Assembly (NCBI GenBank): GCA_963707985.1
Contig: CAVPRW010000048.1
Span: forward strand, 64,001-128,000
Direction of reading: 5' to 3'
From: an uncultured Nitrospinota bacterium
GTDB taxonomy: Bacteria; Tectomicrobia; Entotheonellia; J063; CAVPRW01
DNA: 64,000 nt
The number at the start of each line of letters is the position of its first letter. Within the stretch, counting starts at the first letter, position 1. Shown here one piece after another: positions 63,504 to 64,000 of the stretch. Below the pieces are notes generated by a model, which saw only the letters and a list, made by a program, of their open reading frames with translations, was not told the origin of the DNA and ran no database searches. The position numbers were made by a program, and so were the translations under genes.

Positions 63504-64000
63504 ATGCAGACGATCAACTTCGACATTGGACAACTGCTAAAGAAGGTTCGGGCTGGGCATTTCTTGATTCCTCAGTTTCAGCGCGATTTCACCTGGAAGG
63601 AGGGGCGAACTCGGTTACTGATAGATTCGATTGCCCGGAATTATCCGATTGGCTCCCTATTAATCCTCGGGAAAAACGATGCAGTACCTCTTAAGTCTCG
63701 GAAATTAGATGCCGATTATCCTCCGAAAGATCAAGACTCCGAAGTGCTTGAAAAGTTTGATGAACCGGGCTCGGAATCCTGCTACGTGCTCGATGGGCAG
63801 CAGCGTCTCACATCCATTGCCAGAGTTTTCCTGGACGCGCACGCAAACAGGAATTATTACTTCGATCTAAAAGGAATGTACGAGCTGTTCGACACCGAGA
63901 ATCCATCTTGGATTGTAAGTAGAAACCGAGGCATAAGGAATCCGGAGAGAAAAGACAACAACAGACTTCTTAGAACTGACATAGCCATGGAGCAGGCGCG
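63504..64000 (+). CDS. DUF262 (GmrS/ParB-like) defence protein, 3' partial
   Basis: GGAGGA RBS; MQTINFDI..IPQFQRDFTW..LIDSI..YPIGSLL..VLDGQQRLT; absent from the ORF track because it runs off the end. Confidence 0.88.
   Translation, partial: MQTINFDIGQLLKKVRAGHFLIPQFQRDFTWKEGRTRLLIDSIARNYPIGSLLILGKNDAVPLKSRKLDADYPPKDQDSEVLEKFDEPGSESCYVLDGQQRLTSIARVFLDAHANRNYYFDLKGMYELFDTENPSWIVSRNRGIRNPERKDNNRLLRTDIAMEQA

Larger units (their letters stand above)
55364..64000 (+). mobile_element. Integron gene-cassette array without visible intI (CALIN); runs off the right end
   Basis: Eight attC-like sites separate single genes or TA pairs; each cassette's R'' box complements the R' sequence at its own 5' end. 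Confidence 0.9.

Overview
GC-rich bacterial window. The gene content (family-5 and NMT1-type binding proteins, LLM/F420 oxidoreductase, ThDP enzyme, P450, many decayed IS) resembles Ca. Tectomicrobia/Entotheonella-like genomes; this is an inference. All family calls come from motif recognition, and no database search was run. Many otherwise normal genes carry single-base frameshifts, most likely long-read indel errors. Layout: (1) 1-7.8 kb, envelope-stress cluster (DUF937, Kbp, GlsB/YeaQ, CesT-like, PspA, DUF1517, DUF350) plus a decayed DUF1517 copy; (2) 8-13 kb, MASE1-PAS kinase, NarL regulator, lone receiver and sigma-54 activator; (3) 13-23 kb, graveyard of IS remnants and chimeric gene fragments; (4) 23-40 kb, metabolic genes including a lone molybdenum-storage-protein homolog; (5) 40-44 kb, TA debris; (6) 44-54 kb, ttuB-ttuA-trmI-TPR-mlaEFD operon and a YddA-like ABC transporter; (7) from 55.4 kb to the end, an integron cassette array with no intI visible, cut on the left by an IS1-like element and rich in TA/defence genes. 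Three observations stand out. First, two sequence-unrelated geneless elements (160 and 198 nt) sit at attC crossover points, and each excised circle would close into a perfect 23-bp junction-spanning stem with DNA-type GNA triloops. Second, an ORF-less group II intron with non-canonical ends sits in the top strand of an attC site, with a matching EBS1. Third, dead IS copies show an apparent directional A:T to C:G mutation signature.
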